NCBI GenBank assembly: GCA_045560535.1
Contig: JBJKZF010000002.1
Span: forward strand, 10,945-74,944
DNA length: 64,000 nt
Direction of reading: 5' to 3'
From: Porticoccaceae bacterium
GTDB taxonomy: Bacteria > Pseudomonadota > Gammaproteobacteria > Pseudomonadales > Porticoccaceae
The notes beneath the pieces were generated by a model that had not been told where the DNA came from, did not search any database, and saw only the letters and a program-made list of their open reading frames with translations. Position numbers and translations under genes: made by a program. Positions 29,204-40,326 of this stretch are shown here, piece by piece. Numbering within the stretch: the first letter of the stretch is position 1; the number at the start of each line of letters is the position of its first letter.

Positions 29204-31186
29204 CTACTTAAACTCTAAAATAATTTGGTCTACCGCTAAACTATCACCCTGTTCAGCCTCAATATTACCTACAACACCATCTTTTGTCGCACGCAAGCTA
29301 TTTTCCATTTTCATTGCTTCAATTACCGCTAACTCTTCACCCTCTTTAACCTCTTGGCCCTCATTTACCGAAAGGTTAACTAATAATCCAGGCATTGGAG
29401 AGAGCAAAAATTTAGACATGTCCTGGGGTGGTTTAAACAGCATATGTTTCATAAAATCAGCTGCTCTTGGTGATATCACCTGAGCATTGATTTCTGTGCC
29501 TCGATAAAATAGCCGATATCCCGATGCTACAGGCTCTACTTGCACAGAGACATTGACATCGTTAATCACTGCCTTGAATAATGGATCTCCTAGTCTCCAC
29601 TCAGTAAAAATACAATAATCCTGCCCATCAAGCTCCACTAAATAACCAGTATCGGTGAGTCTCACCCGCACTGAGCGGCGTTGGTCTGCGATGATAACAA
29701 TCCATTCGTTCGACGGTTCAACTTCGTGACCCTCTAGCTGATCAGACAATAGCCCAGCCCGCTCACAATCCAATTGATGGACTGACGCTGCTACAACAAC
29801 TGCAATTTCTGGATCATTTTGAACGACTAAATCAGCATGAAATCCATCAGGGAATTCATCAGCTATAAAATTGGTAGTAAGGTCTCCGTCAACGAAACGA
29901 GGGTGAACCATTAATGCGTTAAGAAAACTAATATTGTGATTAACCCCGCGTATATAGTAGTTGTCTAAAGCATCTACCATGCGAGTAATTGACTGAGAGC
30001 GGTCATCGCCATAGGTAATTAACTTAGCAATCATGGGATCGTAGAATATTGATATTTCACCACCCTCATAGACACCACTATCCACTCGAATCCCGTTTCC
30101 CTTAGGCTCGCTGTACTTAACTAGCCGACCTGTGGAAGGAAGAAAGTTACGTAATGGATCTTCGGCATATACTCGCGCCTCGATCGCCCAGCCAGACAAG
30201 GTAACATCATTCTGGGTCAACATTAACTTCTCGCCCGATGCTACCCTAATCATAAGTTCTACGAGATCCTGACCTGTAACCAACTCAGTTACAGGATGCT
30301 CTACCTGCAGGCGAGTATTCATCTCTAAAAAATAGAAATTCATGTCTGCATCAGCAATAAATTCAACCGTGCCAGCTGATTGATAGTTAACGGCCCTAGC
30401 AAGAGCACAACTCTGCTCGCCCATCTTCTTGCGCGTCTCATTATCTAAAAAAGGAGATGGCGCTTCCTCTATAACTTTTTGATGTCGGCGTTGGATAGAA
30501 CATTCTCTTTCGCCAAGATAAATCACGTTACCCTGACTATCCGCCATTACCTGAATCTCAATGTGTCTGGGTTGTTGTATATATTTTTCTATAAAAATAC
30601 GATCATCACCAAAACTCGATTTCGCCTCATTTGTTGCTCGTTCAAAACCTTCCCGACAATCTCCGTCATTGTTGGCCACTCGCATTCCCTTACCTCCACC
30701 ACCAGATGAGGCCTTGAGCATTACCGGATAACCGATCTCAGCACTAATTTCTATGGCATGGTCAGCATCTCTAACCACGTCGGTATAACCCGGAATTGTA
30801 TTAACACCTGCTTGCTCCGCGATCCGTTTAGAAGTAATTTTATCACCCATTGATTCTATGGCTTCTTTACTCGGACCGATAAAAATAATGCCTGCAGCAT
30901 CCAGGGAATCACGGAAATGACCATTTTCAGACAAGAAACCATAACCAGGATGAACAGCATCAGCACCAGTATCAAGGCAAGCCTGTATGATTTTATTGAT
31001 CGCCAGATAGCTATCTGAGGACACGGACGGTCCTATATGGACCGCTTCATCAGCCATTTGAACATGCAGAGAATCACGATCAGCATCTGAGTATACTGCA
31101 ACGGTAGCAATACCCATCTTCTTTGCAGTGATGAACACCCTACAGGCTATCTCGCCACGATTGGCCACTAAAATCTTTTTCAGCAT
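29204..31186 (-). CDS. pccA: Propionyl-CoA carboxylase alpha subunit (biotin carboxylase + BCCP)
   Basis: N-terminal biotin carboxylase / ATP-grasp (GGGGKGMR) and a C-terminal EAMKMEN biotinyl-lysine motif. Sits next to the carboxyltransferase and the mutase. Confidence 0.85.
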   Translation of the reverse strand: MLKKILVANRGEIACRVFITAKKMGIATVAVYSDADRDSLHVQMADEAVHIGPSVSSDSYLAINKIIQACLDTGADAVHPGYGFLSENGHFRDSLDAAGIIFIGPSKEAIESMGDKITSKRIAEQAGVNTIPGYTDVVRDADHAIEISAEIGYPVMLKASSGGGGKGMRVANNDGDCREGFERATNEAKSSFGDDRIFIEKYIQQPRHIEIQVMADSQGNVIYLGERECSIQRRHQKVIEEAPSPFLDNETRKKMGEQSCALARAVNYQSAGTVEFIADADMNFYFLEMNTRLQVEHPVTELVTGQDLVELMIRVASGEKLMLTQNDVTLSGWAIEARVYAEDPLRNFLPSTGRLVKYSEPKGNGIRVDSGVYEGGEISIFYDPMIAKLITYGDDRSQSITRMVDALDNYYIRGVNHNISFLNALMVHPRFVDGDLTTNFIADEFPDGFHADLVVQNDPEIAVVVAASVHQLDCERAGLLSDQLEGHEVEPSNEWIVIIADQRRSVRVRLTDTGYLVELDGQDYCIFTEWRLGDPLFKAVINDVNVSVQVEPVASGYRLFYRGTEINAQVISPRAADFMKHMLFKPPQDMSKFLLSPMPGLLVNLSVNEGQEVKEGEELAVIEAMKMENSLRATKDGVVGNIEAEQGDSLAVDQIILEFK

Positions 31187-31214
31187 TGGTATCTCTATTT
31201 AATCCTTGAATAGC

Positions 31215-32750
31215 TTAAAGAGGAATATTGCCATGCTTACGCCAAGGATTTTCAACAGACTTATTTCGTAACATAGCTAGCGATCTAGCAACTCGCTTTC
31301 GGGTGGTGTGAGGCATGATTACATCATCAACATAACCTCGTTTACTTGCGCTAAATGGATTTGCAAACTTCTCTTTATATTCTTCAGTTCGAGCTGCTAT
31401 TTTCTCTTTATCACCCAAATCCTTGCGGAAGATAATCTCGACCGCGCCCTTTGGACCCATCACAGCAATCTCAGCCGAGGGCCAAGCTAAGTTCACATCC
31501 CCACGAAGATGTTTTGATGACATAACATCATAAGCTCCCCCATAGGCCTTTCGAGTAATCACCGTAACCTTTGGAACCGTGCATTCAGCATAGGCATATA
31601 GAAGCTTGGCTCCATGTTTAATAATACCGCCGAACTCCTGGCTGGTGCCGGGCATAAATCCAGGCACATCAACAAAGGTTAGGACAGGGATATTAAAAGA
31701 ATCACAAAAACGGATGAATCTTGCTGCTTTTTTTGACGCATCTATATCTAAGCACCCAGCCAGCACCATTGGCTGATTAGCAATTACTCCAACACTAGAG
31801 CCATCTATCCTGATAAAACCTGTAATAATATTCTTGGCATAATTCACCTGCGTCTCAAAGAAAACTCCCTCATCAGCAACCTTTAAGATAGTTTCTTTCA
31901 TGTCATAGGGTTGATTAGGATCACTTGGAATAAGAGTATCTAACGACATCTCTACTCGATCAGCAGAATCCTCCGTTGGCCATACAGGTGGTTTTTCTTG
32001 ATTATTAGCAGGAAGATAATTGAAAAAGAGACGTACTTTTTCAAGCGCCTCAATATCATTCTCAAACGCTAAGTCTGCCACTCCAGATTTAGTCGAATGA
32101 GTCAAAGCTCCACCCAGCTCCTCTGCTGTCACGGCTTCATGAGTCACCGTTTTAACCACATCAGGGCCCGTCACAAACATGTAGGAACTATCTTGGACCA
32201 TAAAGATAAAGTCAGTAATCGCCGGTGAATAAACAGCACCACCTGCACAGGGACCCATCACCATTGAAATTTGAGGGATCACTCCAGATGCCATTACGTT
32301 GCGCTGAAAAACTTCAGCATAACCACCTAGAGATGCAACACCCTCTTGAATACGCGCTCCACCAGAATCATTAAGCCCAATAATAGGAGCTCCGACCTTC
32401 ATTGCTTGATCCATTACCTTGCAGATCTTTTCCGCATGAGCCTCAGAGAGTGCACCTCCAAAAACGGTAAAATCCTGACTAAATACAAAAACTAAACGAC
32501 CATTAATGGTTCCGTAGCCGATCACAACGCCGTCTCCAGGTATGTGCTGCTGATCCATATCAAAATCAGTACAACGATGCTCTACAAACATGTCCCACTC
32601 TTCAAAACTATTTTCGTCAAGAAGCAGATCAAGTCGCTCGCGCGCAGTTAACTTACCTTTTGCGTGCTGAGTATCAATTCGTTTTTGACCGCCGCCCAAT
32701 CGGGCGAGTCGTCTTTTCTCTTCTAACTGTTCAAGAATTTCGCGCATCAA
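31215..32750 (-). CDS. pccB: Propionyl-CoA carboxylase beta subunit (carboxyltransferase)
   Basis: 511 aa. Acyl-CoA carboxyltransferase motifs ([23 protein letters not shown]). Confidence 0.85.
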   Translation of the reverse strand: MMREILEQLEEKRRLARLGGGQKRIDTQHAKGKLTARERLDLLLDENSFEEWDMFVEHRCTDFDMDQQHIPGDGVVIGYGTINGRLVFVFSQDFTVFGGALSEAHAEKICKVMDQAMKVGAPIIGLNDSGGARIQEGVASLGGYAEVFQRNVMASGVIPQISMVMGPCAGGAVYSPAITDFIFMVQDSSYMFVTGPDVVKTVTHEAVTAEELGGALTHSTKSGVADLAFENDIEALEKVRLFFNYLPANNQEKPPVWPTEDSADRVEMSLDTLIPSDPNQPYDMKETILKVADEGVFFETQVNYAKNIITGFIRIDGSSVGVIANQPMVLAGCLDIDASKKAARFIRFCDSFNIPVLTFVDVPGFMPGTSQEFGGIIKHGAKLLYAYAECTVPKVTVITRKAYGGAYDVMSSKHLRGDVNLAWPSAEIAVMGPKGAVEIIFRKDLGDKEKIAARTEEYKEKFANPFSASKRGYVDDVIMPHTTRKRVARSLAMLRNKSVENPWRKHGNIPL

Positions 32751-32768
32751 TTTCTCCCTCGGAGCGAT

Positions 32769-34919
32769 TTACAATTTAATAAGATCTAGGACCGCTGATG
32801 CGGCCTCTGGGATATTAGTCCCGGGACCAAAGATCGCAGACACTCCCTGCTTTGTCAGCTCCGCGTAATCTTTAGGAGGAATCACTCCCCCACAGATCAC
32901 CAAAATTTCGCTCGCATCCTGTCTTTTTAATGATTCGATCATTTGCGGCACTAACGTTTTGTGTCCAGCAGCTTGGGATGACACACCTACTACGTGAACA
33001 TCATTTTCGATCGCCTGACGAGCTGCCTCATCAGGTGTTTGAAACATAGGCCCTATATCTACATCAAATCCTAAATCTGCAAATGCTGTTGCGATAACTC
33101 TCGCGCCACGATCATGACCATCTTGTCCCATCTTGACCACTAACATTCTCGGGCGACGACCATGCTGCTCAGCAAAATTTTCTACTTTCCGTTTGATCTT
33201 CATAAATTCCTCGTCGTCTTCATAGACTGCACCATAAACCCCACTCATCGATCGGGTTTGTGCTCTATGACGCCCCCAAACCGACTCTAAAGCATCACTA
33301 ATCTCACCAACAGTCGCTCTTGCTCGAGCTGCATTAACAGCTAACTCAAGTAGATTGCCTTCACCACTTTTGGCGGCCTGAGTAAGTGCATTCAACGAAT
33401 TTTGATAAGCATTAGGATCTCGAGATTCACGAATATCGTCAAGTCTTTGGATCTGCGATATTCGAACCGCAGTGTTATCAATATCTAATACATCAACTTC
33501 TGGCTCCTCAGATAACTGATATTTGTTAACTCCAATAATAACTTCATCGCCCCGATCTACTGCCGCCTGCCGCAAGGCTGCTGCCTCTTCAATGCGCAAT
33601 TTTGGCATTCCCGATTCCACAGCTTTAGTCATGCCACCCATGTCTTCCACTTCATTAATCAACACCATCGCAGCGTCAATTAGCTCACTAGTCAGACTTT
33701 CGACATAGTAAGAACCAGCCAAAGGGTCAATGACATTGGTAATACCTGTTTCTTCCTTAATAACCAATTGAGTATTTCGCGCAATTCCAGCGGCAAATTC
33801 TGTGGGCAAACCCAAAGCCTCATCAAAAGAATTTGTATGGAGTGATTGAGTGCCACCAAGGACCGCCGACATCGCCTCAATGGTAGTCCTCATAATATTG
33901 TTGTAGGGGTCTTTACTGGTAAGGCTGACACCAGATGTTTGGCAGTGAGTCCGCAACATGAGAGAGCGCTGATCTTTAGGTGAGAATTTTTCTTCTATCA
34001 GCGTGGCCCAAAGAATTCTTGCAGCACGCAATTTGGCAACTTCCATAAAAAAGTTCATGCCGATGGCAAAGAAAAAAGACAGCCGTGGTGCAAACTTATC
34101 AACATTCATCCCACTATTTATAGCTGTGCGCACATACTCGATACCATCGGCAATGGTGTAAGCCAACTCCTGAACATTGGTCGCTCCGGCCTCTTGCATA
34201 TGATATCCGGAGATGGAAATAGAATTAAATTTAGGCATCCTATTAGAGGTATAACTAATAATATCAGAGACAATTCTCATAGATGGCGCAGGAGGGTAGA
34301 TATAGGTATTACGGACCATAAATTCTTTTAGAATATCGTTTTGCAAAGTTCCGGATAATTGCTCTGGAGCAACTCCGTGCTCTTCTGCCGCCACGATAAA
34401 GCTCGCCATTACAGGTAAAACGGCTCCATTCATTGTCATAGAGACAGAAACCTTATCCAAAGGAATACTATCAAAAAGAATCTTCATATCCTCCACAGAA
34501 TCAATCGCCACACCCGCTTTTCCAACGTCCCCTTCAACTCGCTCATGATCCGAGTCATAACCACGGTGTGTTGCCAAATCAAATGCTACTGATAAACCCT
34601 GCTGGCCTGCAGCTAAATTTTTTCGATAAAAAGCGTTAGATTCTTCAGCTGTTGAAAACCCCGCATACTGTCTTACCGTCCAAGGTCGCCCAGCATACAT
34701 GGTAGCTTTAGGCCCTCGCTTGAATGGTGCAAAGCCTGGCAGATTGTTCATGTGTGACAAATCTGCAGTATCCTCAGCGGTATAGAGTGCCTTTACTGCA
34801 ATACCTTCAGGAGTATCCCAAGTTAAATCATCAACAGATCGCCCCTTGGTCTCTTTTTCAACTAGCTTTTCCCAATCTTTAATTTCTTGACCATTCTTGT
34901 AGGCCATTTTTATATCCAC
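32769..34919 (-). CDS. Methylmalonyl-CoA mutase, single-chain large form with B12-binding domain
   Basis: 716 aa with a catalytic TIM-barrel region and a C-terminal GQDGHDRGA (DxHxxG) cobalamin-binding motif. Confidence 0.9.
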   Translation of the reverse strand: MDIKMAYKNGQEIKDWEKLVEKETKGRSVDDLTWDTPEGIAVKALYTAEDTADLSHMNNLPGFAPFKRGPKATMYAGRPWTVRQYAGFSTAEESNAFYRKNLAAGQQGLSVAFDLATHRGYDSDHERVEGDVGKAGVAIDSVEDMKILFDSIPLDKVSVSMTMNGAVLPVMASFIVAAEEHGVAPEQLSGTLQNDILKEFMVRNTYIYPPAPSMRIVSDIISYTSNRMPKFNSISISGYHMQEAGATNVQELAYTIADGIEYVRTAINSGMNVDKFAPRLSFFFAIGMNFFMEVAKLRAARILWATLIEEKFSPKDQRSLMLRTHCQTSGVSLTSKDPYNNIMRTTIEAMSAVLGGTQSLHTNSFDEALGLPTEFAAGIARNTQLVIKEETGITNVIDPLAGSYYVESLTSELIDAAMVLINEVEDMGGMTKAVESGMPKLRIEEAAALRQAAVDRGDEVIIGVNKYQLSEEPEVDVLDIDNTAVRISQIQRLDDIRESRDPNAYQNSLNALTQAAKSGEGNLLELAVNAARARATVGEISDALESVWGRHRAQTRSMSGVYGAVYEDDEEFMKIKRKVENFAEQHGRRPRMLVVKMGQDGHDRGARVIATAFADLGFDVDIGPMFQTPDEAARQAIENDVHVVGVSSQAAGHKTLVPQMIESLKRQDASEILVICGGVIPPKDYAELTKQGVSAIFGPGTNIPEAASAVLDLIKL

Positions 34920-35013
34920 CTTTTAAAACGCTGTGTACTGATCTTTGAAATCAATTTTTAGAAATCGCACTATGCCGGACACCGCTTTATAATAGTAGGT
35001 CTATTAACAACAC

Positions 35014-35087
35014 ATAAACTCACATTTATTGCCAGTAATATTGAGTTTTGTTCCCATAATATGCTATAAATTAACAATAAACTCACA
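35014..35087. promoter_or_regulatory. Two copies of an 11-bp direct repeat ataaactcaca (35014-35024 and 35077-35087) in the mcm/araC divergent region
   Basis: Perfect 11-mers 63 bp apart with similar flanks (aaca..ataaactcaca.tt.a). Confidence 0.4.
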
Positions 35088-35120
35088 ATTAATCTTAATC
35101 GAGTTTGAAAAAAATTTATC

Positions 35121-36125
35121 ATGGCTACAATCTGTCAGCATCACGTGATTGCCTGTCTACATGGAATACGTCAGCGTAATCTACCTCAGCGACCCATCTT
35201 GGAGCACGCAGGTATCAACCCAACACGCCTAAATAAACCAGACCAGCGGGAGCATACAGATCAAGTCGCCCGTTTGTTTAAGGGTGTCCAAGAGGCTTTA
35301 GATGATGAATTTATGGGATTTACTGAGAACTCTTGTAAGGTCGGTCTTTTTGCGACCATGAGTGAGCTCGTCAGCCGTTGCGCAACGCTTGGCGAGCTTT
35401 TCAACAAAGCTGTCGACTTCTACAATCTTATTAGCAGCGACATACCCATGACAATTAATGTCGAAAATGGTTTAGCGATATTTGAATTCACGATGGCAAA
35501 TCCTAAACATGATCCTGAACATTTTATGGCTGAATTCTGGCTAGTTATTTGGCATCGATTCCCCAGTTGGTATATCGGTGAACCCATTAGACTAAAAGAA
35601 ACTCACTTCGCCTTTTCGATTCCAGAACATAAATCAGAACTGCAAATCATGTTTCCCTCTACGTTGAGCTTTGACCGATTATCTAATCGACTTATTTTTG
35701 ATGCTCATTATCTTGATAAGGTTCTTATTAGATCAGATCAAGAACTAAACCAATACCTTGAGAATGCCCCTGCCGATGTGATGACTATTCCCGGATCGGA
35801 GACGATTCTTGAGGCACAAATAGAACGAATTATTAGACAGCAAGCCTCCAATCAATTGACCTTCCCAACAATACATGAGTTAGCTGGTGAGCTTGGTATG
35901 AGCTCGCAAACTCTGCATCGAAGACTCAAGGATAGCGCTACCAGCTATCAGAAGATTAAAGATAACCTTCGCAGAAATCTCGCTATTACAAAGTTAGTTC
36001 ATGAAAAATTATCTGTAGAGCAGGTATCAGAGGCCGTGGGATTTAGAGAGTCTCGGTCACTCACCCGAGCTTTTAAGCACTGGACTGGACTTACCCCGCG
36101 TGAATATTGTAAGCAAAACTCATGA
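35121..36125 (+). CDS. AraC family transcriptional regulator
   Basis: C-terminal double HTH (..IHELAGELGMSSQTLHRRLK.. and ..VSEAVGFRESRSLTRAFKHWTGLTPREY) plus a long N-terminal ligand domain. Confidence 0.85.
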   Translation: MATICQHHVIACLHGIRQRNLPQRPILEHAGINPTRLNKPDQREHTDQVARLFKGVQEALDDEFMGFTENSCKVGLFATMSELVSRCATLGELFNKAVDFYNLISSDIPMTINVENGLAIFEFTMANPKHDPEHFMAEFWLVIWHRFPSWYIGEPIRLKETHFAFSIPEHKSELQIMFPSTLSFDRLSNRLIFDAHYLDKVLIRSDQELNQYLENAPADVMTIPGSETILEAQIERIIRQQASNQLTFPTIHELAGELGMSSQTLHRRLKDSATSYQKIKDNLRRNLAITKLVHEKLSVEQVSEAVGFRESRSLTRAFKHWTGLTPREYCKQNS

Positions 36126-36179
36126 CCTTAATCTCGAAACCAAGTACTCTGTACTAATTAATCGAGCGACGAAGTAACT

Positions 36180-37226
36180 ATGATCAGTGAGATAAGACTT
36201 ACCCAATTTAGTCATGGCGCTGGCTGTGGCTGTAAAATTGCTCCCAGTGTCCTGGAAAAATTTTTAAAAACGGACTTTATAGCCCCAAATGATGCCAATC
36301 TCCTCGTAGGAAACAGTACAAAAGATGATGCTGCCGTCTACGACCTTGATGATGGCAGTGGGATTATTAGCACTACCGATTTCTTTATGCCTATTGTAGA
36401 TGATCCTTTTGAGTTTGGTCGTATCGCTGCGGCCAATGCTATTAGTGATATCTATGCCATGGGAGGCATCCCAATGATGGCAATTGCTATTCTTGGATGG
36501 CCCGTGGACATTTTAGGCGCCGACATAGCTCAAAAAGTTTTAGATGGTGGTCGTTATGCATGTAAAGATGCAGGTATTCATCTCGCAGGTGGGCACTCCA
36601 TTGACACTCAAGAGCCTATTTTTGGTTTAGCTGTCACGGGTAGAGTAAAGTTAGATAATCTCAAACAAAACAGTACGGCAAAATCTGGTGATAGTTTATT
36701 TTTAACCAAACCGATCGGGGTAGGAATTCTCACAACAGCCGAGAAACAGGGAAAGCTTGAGTCCCACCATACACGGTTAGCTGTTGAAACCATGATGCAA
36801 CTAAACTCAGTAGGCGCAGTCCTTGGAAAGCTCCCTGGTGTCAGCGCAATGACTGATGTGACAGGCTTTGGTTTACTGGGCCATCTTCTAGAAATATGTC
36901 AAGGTAGTCATCTTAGCGCTGTCTTGGATCTCCCTTCGATTCCTGTATTAGATAAATCTATTGGCAACTATATCGAAGCTGGATGTGTTCCTGGGGGAAG
37001 CAAGCGTAATTGGAAGAGTATTGAAACTCATGTGAGTAATATTAATTCCCATGATCAAGCTCTACTTTGTGATCCTCAGACTAGCGGCGGTCTGCTAATT
37101 GCAGCGAATCCTAATTCAGTGGATAAGGTTGCATCGATACTCAAAAAAGCAAATTGCTGTTACCAACCAATCGGCAAACTGGTTGATAACAGTGCAAGTA
37201 GTGCGACAATTGAGGTGTCTTTTTGA
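36180..37226 (+). CDS. selD: Selenide, water dikinase (selenophosphate synthetase), Cys form
   Basis: [13 protein letters not shown]-terminal active-site loop and the AIR-synthase-like fold length (348 aa). Confidence 0.9.
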   Translation: MISEIRLTQFSHGAGCGCKIAPSVLEKFLKTDFIAPNDANLLVGNSTKDDAAVYDLDDGSGIISTTDFFMPIVDDPFEFGRIAAANAISDIYAMGGIPMMAIAILGWPVDILGADIAQKVLDGGRYACKDAGIHLAGGHSIDTQEPIFGLAVTGRVKLDNLKQNSTAKSGDSLFLTKPIGVGILTTAEKQGKLESHHTRLAVETMMQLNSVGAVLGKLPGVSAMTDVTGFGLLGHLLEICQGSHLSAVLDLPSIPVLDKSIGNYIEAGCVPGGSKRNWKSIETHVSNINSHDQALLCDPQTSGGLLIAANPNSVDKVASILKKANCCYQPIGKLVDNSASSATIEVSF

Positions 37227-38323
37227 CCCAATCGCAACTTCCTTTAATTAACGATTACTTTGATCTTTTAACGAATAAGATCCCAATGATTGATGTGAGG
37301 GCGCCAGTAGAATTTCAATCTGGAGCTTTGCCACTCTCCGAGAATCTGATTTTGATGTCAGATGATGAACGCCAACAAGTTGGAATTTGCTACAAAGAAC
37401 AAGGAAGCCAAGCAGCTATTAATTTAGGCCATCACCTAGTTAACGGTGAAAAAAAGCAGAGGCGGATAGATGCTTGGGTAGATTTTTTAATCTCTAACCC
37501 CAACGCTGTCCTTTACTGCGCTCGCGGTGGTTTACGCTCTCAAATAAGTCAACAGTGGCTGGCTGATGCTGGTGTAATTTGTCCCAGAATCGAGGGTGGC
37601 TACAAGAGTTTGCGAAGATTTTTAATCAACCAAACTGCCAATCTGAGTAGCAGTGAAAAATTTGTCTTATTATCGGGTATGACTGGCACTGGTAAAACTG
37701 ACATCATCAAGAGTCTATCGAGAAGCATCGACTTGGAAGGCGCTGCTAATCATAAAGGATCAAGCTTTGGTCGTCCGCTAGATCAGCAGCCTTCACAGGT
37801 AGATTTTGAGAATAAGATCGTTTTAGATCTGATGGCTGTGAAACAAAAATATCCGCAACGCAGTATTACTTTAGAGGATGAGAGTCGAAATATTGGCAGC
37901 CGTCATCTTCCTATACCGCTGACTGACGCAATGAATAGAAGTCCTATGGTAGTTATTGAACTGTCCTTTGATGAGCGTATCGAAAAGCTTTTTCAGGAAT
38001 ATGTAATAGATCGGTATCAAAAAACTCTTGCCTACGAAGAGGAAAATGCCGACGGCATCTTCGCTGATTATCTGACTGCGAGTCTACTGCGCCTAAAAAA
38101 ACGGTTAGGAGATCAGCGAACAACCCATATACTAAAACTGATGAAGAAAGCCTTGCAGATTCAGCATGAAGACAACTTCAATCATCACCGGGAGTGGCTA
38201 ATAGCAATCACTAAGGATTACTATGATCCAATGTATCTTTATCAGCTAAAGAAGCGAGAACAAAAGATTGTTTTTAAAGGAAATCATCAAAGTATTAAGG
38301 AATGGTTAAGTGAACTATCCTAA
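37223..38323 (+). CDS. selU: tRNA 2-selenouridine synthase
   Basis: Rhodanese domain with CARGGLRS, then the Walker A motif GMTGTGKT. The N-terminus aligns with E. coli YbbB/MnmH. The TTG start overlaps the selD TGA (TTGA). Confidence 0.9.
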   Translation: MTQSQLPLINDYFDLLTNKIPMIDVRAPVEFQSGALPLSENLILMSDDERQQVGICYKEQGSQAAINLGHHLVNGEKKQRRIDAWVDFLISNPNAVLYCARGGLRSQISQQWLADAGVICPRIEGGYKSLRRFLINQTANLSSSEKFVLLSGMTGTGKTDIIKSLSRSIDLEGAANHKGSSFGRPLDQQPSQVDFENKIVLDLMAVKQKYPQRSITLEDESRNIGSRHLPIPLTDAMNRSPMVVIELSFDERIEKLFQEYVIDRYQKTLAYEEENADGIFADYLTASLLRLKKRLGDQRTTHILKLMKKALQIQHEDNFNHHREWLIAITKDYYDPMYLYQLKKREQKIVFKGNHQSIKEWLSELS

Positions 38324-39221
38324 AAATGTAAAAATTGTAGAAGTGGGTCCTCGAGATGGTCTACAAAATGAAAAAATTACCGTTGACCTGCCCACCAAAA
38401 TAAAGCTGATTCACCAATTGTCAGAAACCGGGCTTTTAAATATTGAAGCTGGGAGTTTCGTAAGTCCAAAATGGGTGCCGCAAATGGCCAATAGTGATGA
38501 TCTATTCCAAGAGATCAATCAAAATATTTCTCCAGCATTTCCTCAAATTCAGTTCAGCGCACTAACTCCCAATGAGAAGGGTTTTGACAGAGCTATAGAA
38601 TGTGGCGTGAAGGAAGTGGCCATTTTTGCCGCCGCCACCGAACAATTTAGCCAAAAAAACATCAACTGCTCCATTTCTGAGAGCTTGGAGCGCTTTGCGC
38701 CGTTGGCCGAAAAGGCGCAAAGCGCAAATGTTCGCATTCGCGGCTATGTTTCGTGTGTATTGGGCTGTCCCTATCAAGGATCTGTGGGTACTGATGAGGT
38801 GCTAGATGTAACAAAATCTCTCTTAGATTTGGGTTGTTATGAAGTCTCCCTGGGAGATACCATTGGCATTGGTACGCCAGGTAGTACAAAAGACCTCTTA
38901 AGCGCTCTGCTACCAGTAATTCCTGCAGAGCAAATAGCTCTGCACATGCATGATACATATGGGCAGGCCCTAGCAAATATCCTCATCGGATTGCAGATGG
39001 GCATCTCTGTAATCGATAGTGCTGTGGCTGGCCTTGGCGGTTGTCCCTATGCGAAGGGTGCATCGGGTAACGTTTCCACCGAAGATGTTGTATATCTGCT
39101 TAATGGCCTAGATATTAATCATGGGTTACAGCTAGATAAGCTCATAGAGACTGGGAACGGAATTTGTGCTGCTCTTGGCCGAAGCAATGGTTCAAAAGTA
39201 GCTAGGGCAATGCAGCCATAA
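38310..39221 (+). CDS. Hydroxymethylglutaryl-CoA lyase
   Basis: [13 protein letters not shown]-terminal signature and a HMHDTYG metal site. The GTG start overlaps selU by 14 nt. Confidence 0.9.
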   Translation: MNYPKNVKIVEVGPRDGLQNEKITVDLPTKIKLIHQLSETGLLNIEAGSFVSPKWVPQMANSDDLFQEINQNISPAFPQIQFSALTPNEKGFDRAIECGVKEVAIFAAATEQFSQKNINCSISESLERFAPLAEKAQSANVRIRGYVSCVLGCPYQGSVGTDEVLDVTKSLLDLGCYEVSLGDTIGIGTPGSTKDLLSALLPVIPAEQIALHMHDTYGQALANILIGLQMGISVIDSAVAGLGGCPYAKGASGNVSTEDVVYLLNGLDINHGLQLDKLIETGNGICAALGRSNGSKVARAMQP

Positions 39222-39335
39222 ATCAGTGCAGGCAAAAATATTAATAAGATAGATGACTTACGTGATCGCCTAAATCTCGAAACTGGGAAGATTTCCTGGA
39301 GCGAATTAGAGAAGCATTATGCTGCAGGCAATGTT

Positions 39336-39533
39336 ATGGCCGTTTGTAAAGGTGCTGATTTAATAGAGATTGCTATAGCCTTTCACCAAGACAAGCGGTC
39401 TAAGGTCGAGAGTTGGCTCTCAGACAAAACTTTGTTCGAGATTGATGACCAACTCGCATTGAAGTTGCATGAAACTGATGCCGAGCACTGGGCAGTGGTA
39501 ATTCCTCCTTTCGTACTAATTCAGGCAACTTAA
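39336..39533 (+). CDS. DUF2288 family protein (listed ORF lacks the conserved N-terminal part)
   Basis: ..HWAVVIPPFVLIQ C-terminus. The same frame upstream (39222-39335) encodes ..LNLETGKISWSELEKHYAAGNV.., which is also DUF2288-like but contains no ATG, GTG or TTG. Confidence 0.6.
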   Translation: MAVCKGADLIEIAIAFHQDKRSKVESWLSDKTLFEIDDQLALKLHETDAEHWAVVIPPFVLIQAT

Positions 39534-39550
39534 TCAATAATGGTGTAATC

Positions 39551-40324
39551 ATGAATATTAGTAAAAAAATTGCGGTTGTAACTGGTGGAGCCTCGGGCTT
39601 GGGTCTTGCAGCCTCAAAAATGCTAATCAATGCTGGCGCTGCGGTTGTTATATTTGACATGAACGCCAACGCGGGAGAGCAGGCTGTCGCAGATTTGGGC
39701 AGCAAAAGTTCTCATTTTGTACAACTAGATGTTTCTAGTGGCCATGACGTTGAGGTTGCTTTTAAGGGGGTCTTGAAGGATTTTGGTCAAGTTGACATCT
39801 GCGTCAATTGCGCAGGTATTGGCATTGCAGCAAAGACCGTGGATAGAGAGGGTCAGCCTCATGACCTTGATCTATATCGGAAAGTAATTGAGGTTAATTT
39901 GATTGGTACTTTTAATGTTGCTCGCTGCGCTGCGGCAGCTATGGCAAAGAATGAATCTGATGAAAAAACCGAGCGCGGAGTTATTATCAACACAGCGTCT
40001 ATTGCTGCATTTGATGGACAAATGGGCCAGGTAGCTTACGCTTCAACTAAGGGTGGTATTGTAGGTATGACTCTGCCGATGGCTCGCGATTTAGCAAAAG
40101 AAGGTATTCGTGTGAACACAATAGCGCCTGGGGTAATGGCGACACCCTTGATGTTGGCAGCACCTCAAAACGTGCAAGATGGGATCGTCGCTAATATTCC
40201 ATTCCCACAGAGACTTGGGGAGCCCTCCGAGTTCGGACAACTGGTCGGCCATATTGTAGAAAACAGCTATTTAAATGGAGAGACTATTCGTTTAGATGGC
40301 GGCGTGCGGATGCAACCGCGTTAA
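39551..40324 (+). CDS. SDR family 3-hydroxyacyl-CoA dehydrogenase (type-2 / 3-hydroxy-2-methylbutyryl-CoA dehydrogenase-like)
   Basis: [11 protein letters not shown] cofactor motif, [12 protein letters not shown] catalytic YxxxK, and a C-terminal [12 protein letters not shown]. Confidence 0.75.
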   Translation: MNISKKIAVVTGGASGLGLAASKMLINAGAAVVIFDMNANAGEQAVADLGSKSSHFVQLDVSSGHDVEVAFKGVLKDFGQVDICVNCAGIGIAAKTVDREGQPHDLDLYRKVIEVNLIGTFNVARCAAAAMAKNESDEKTERGVIINTASIAAFDGQMGQVAYASTKGGIVGMTLPMARDLAKEGIRVNTIAPGVMATPLMLAAPQNVQDGIVANIPFPQRLGEPSEFGQLVGHIVENSYLNGETIRLDGGVRMQPR

Positions 40325-40326
40325 GA

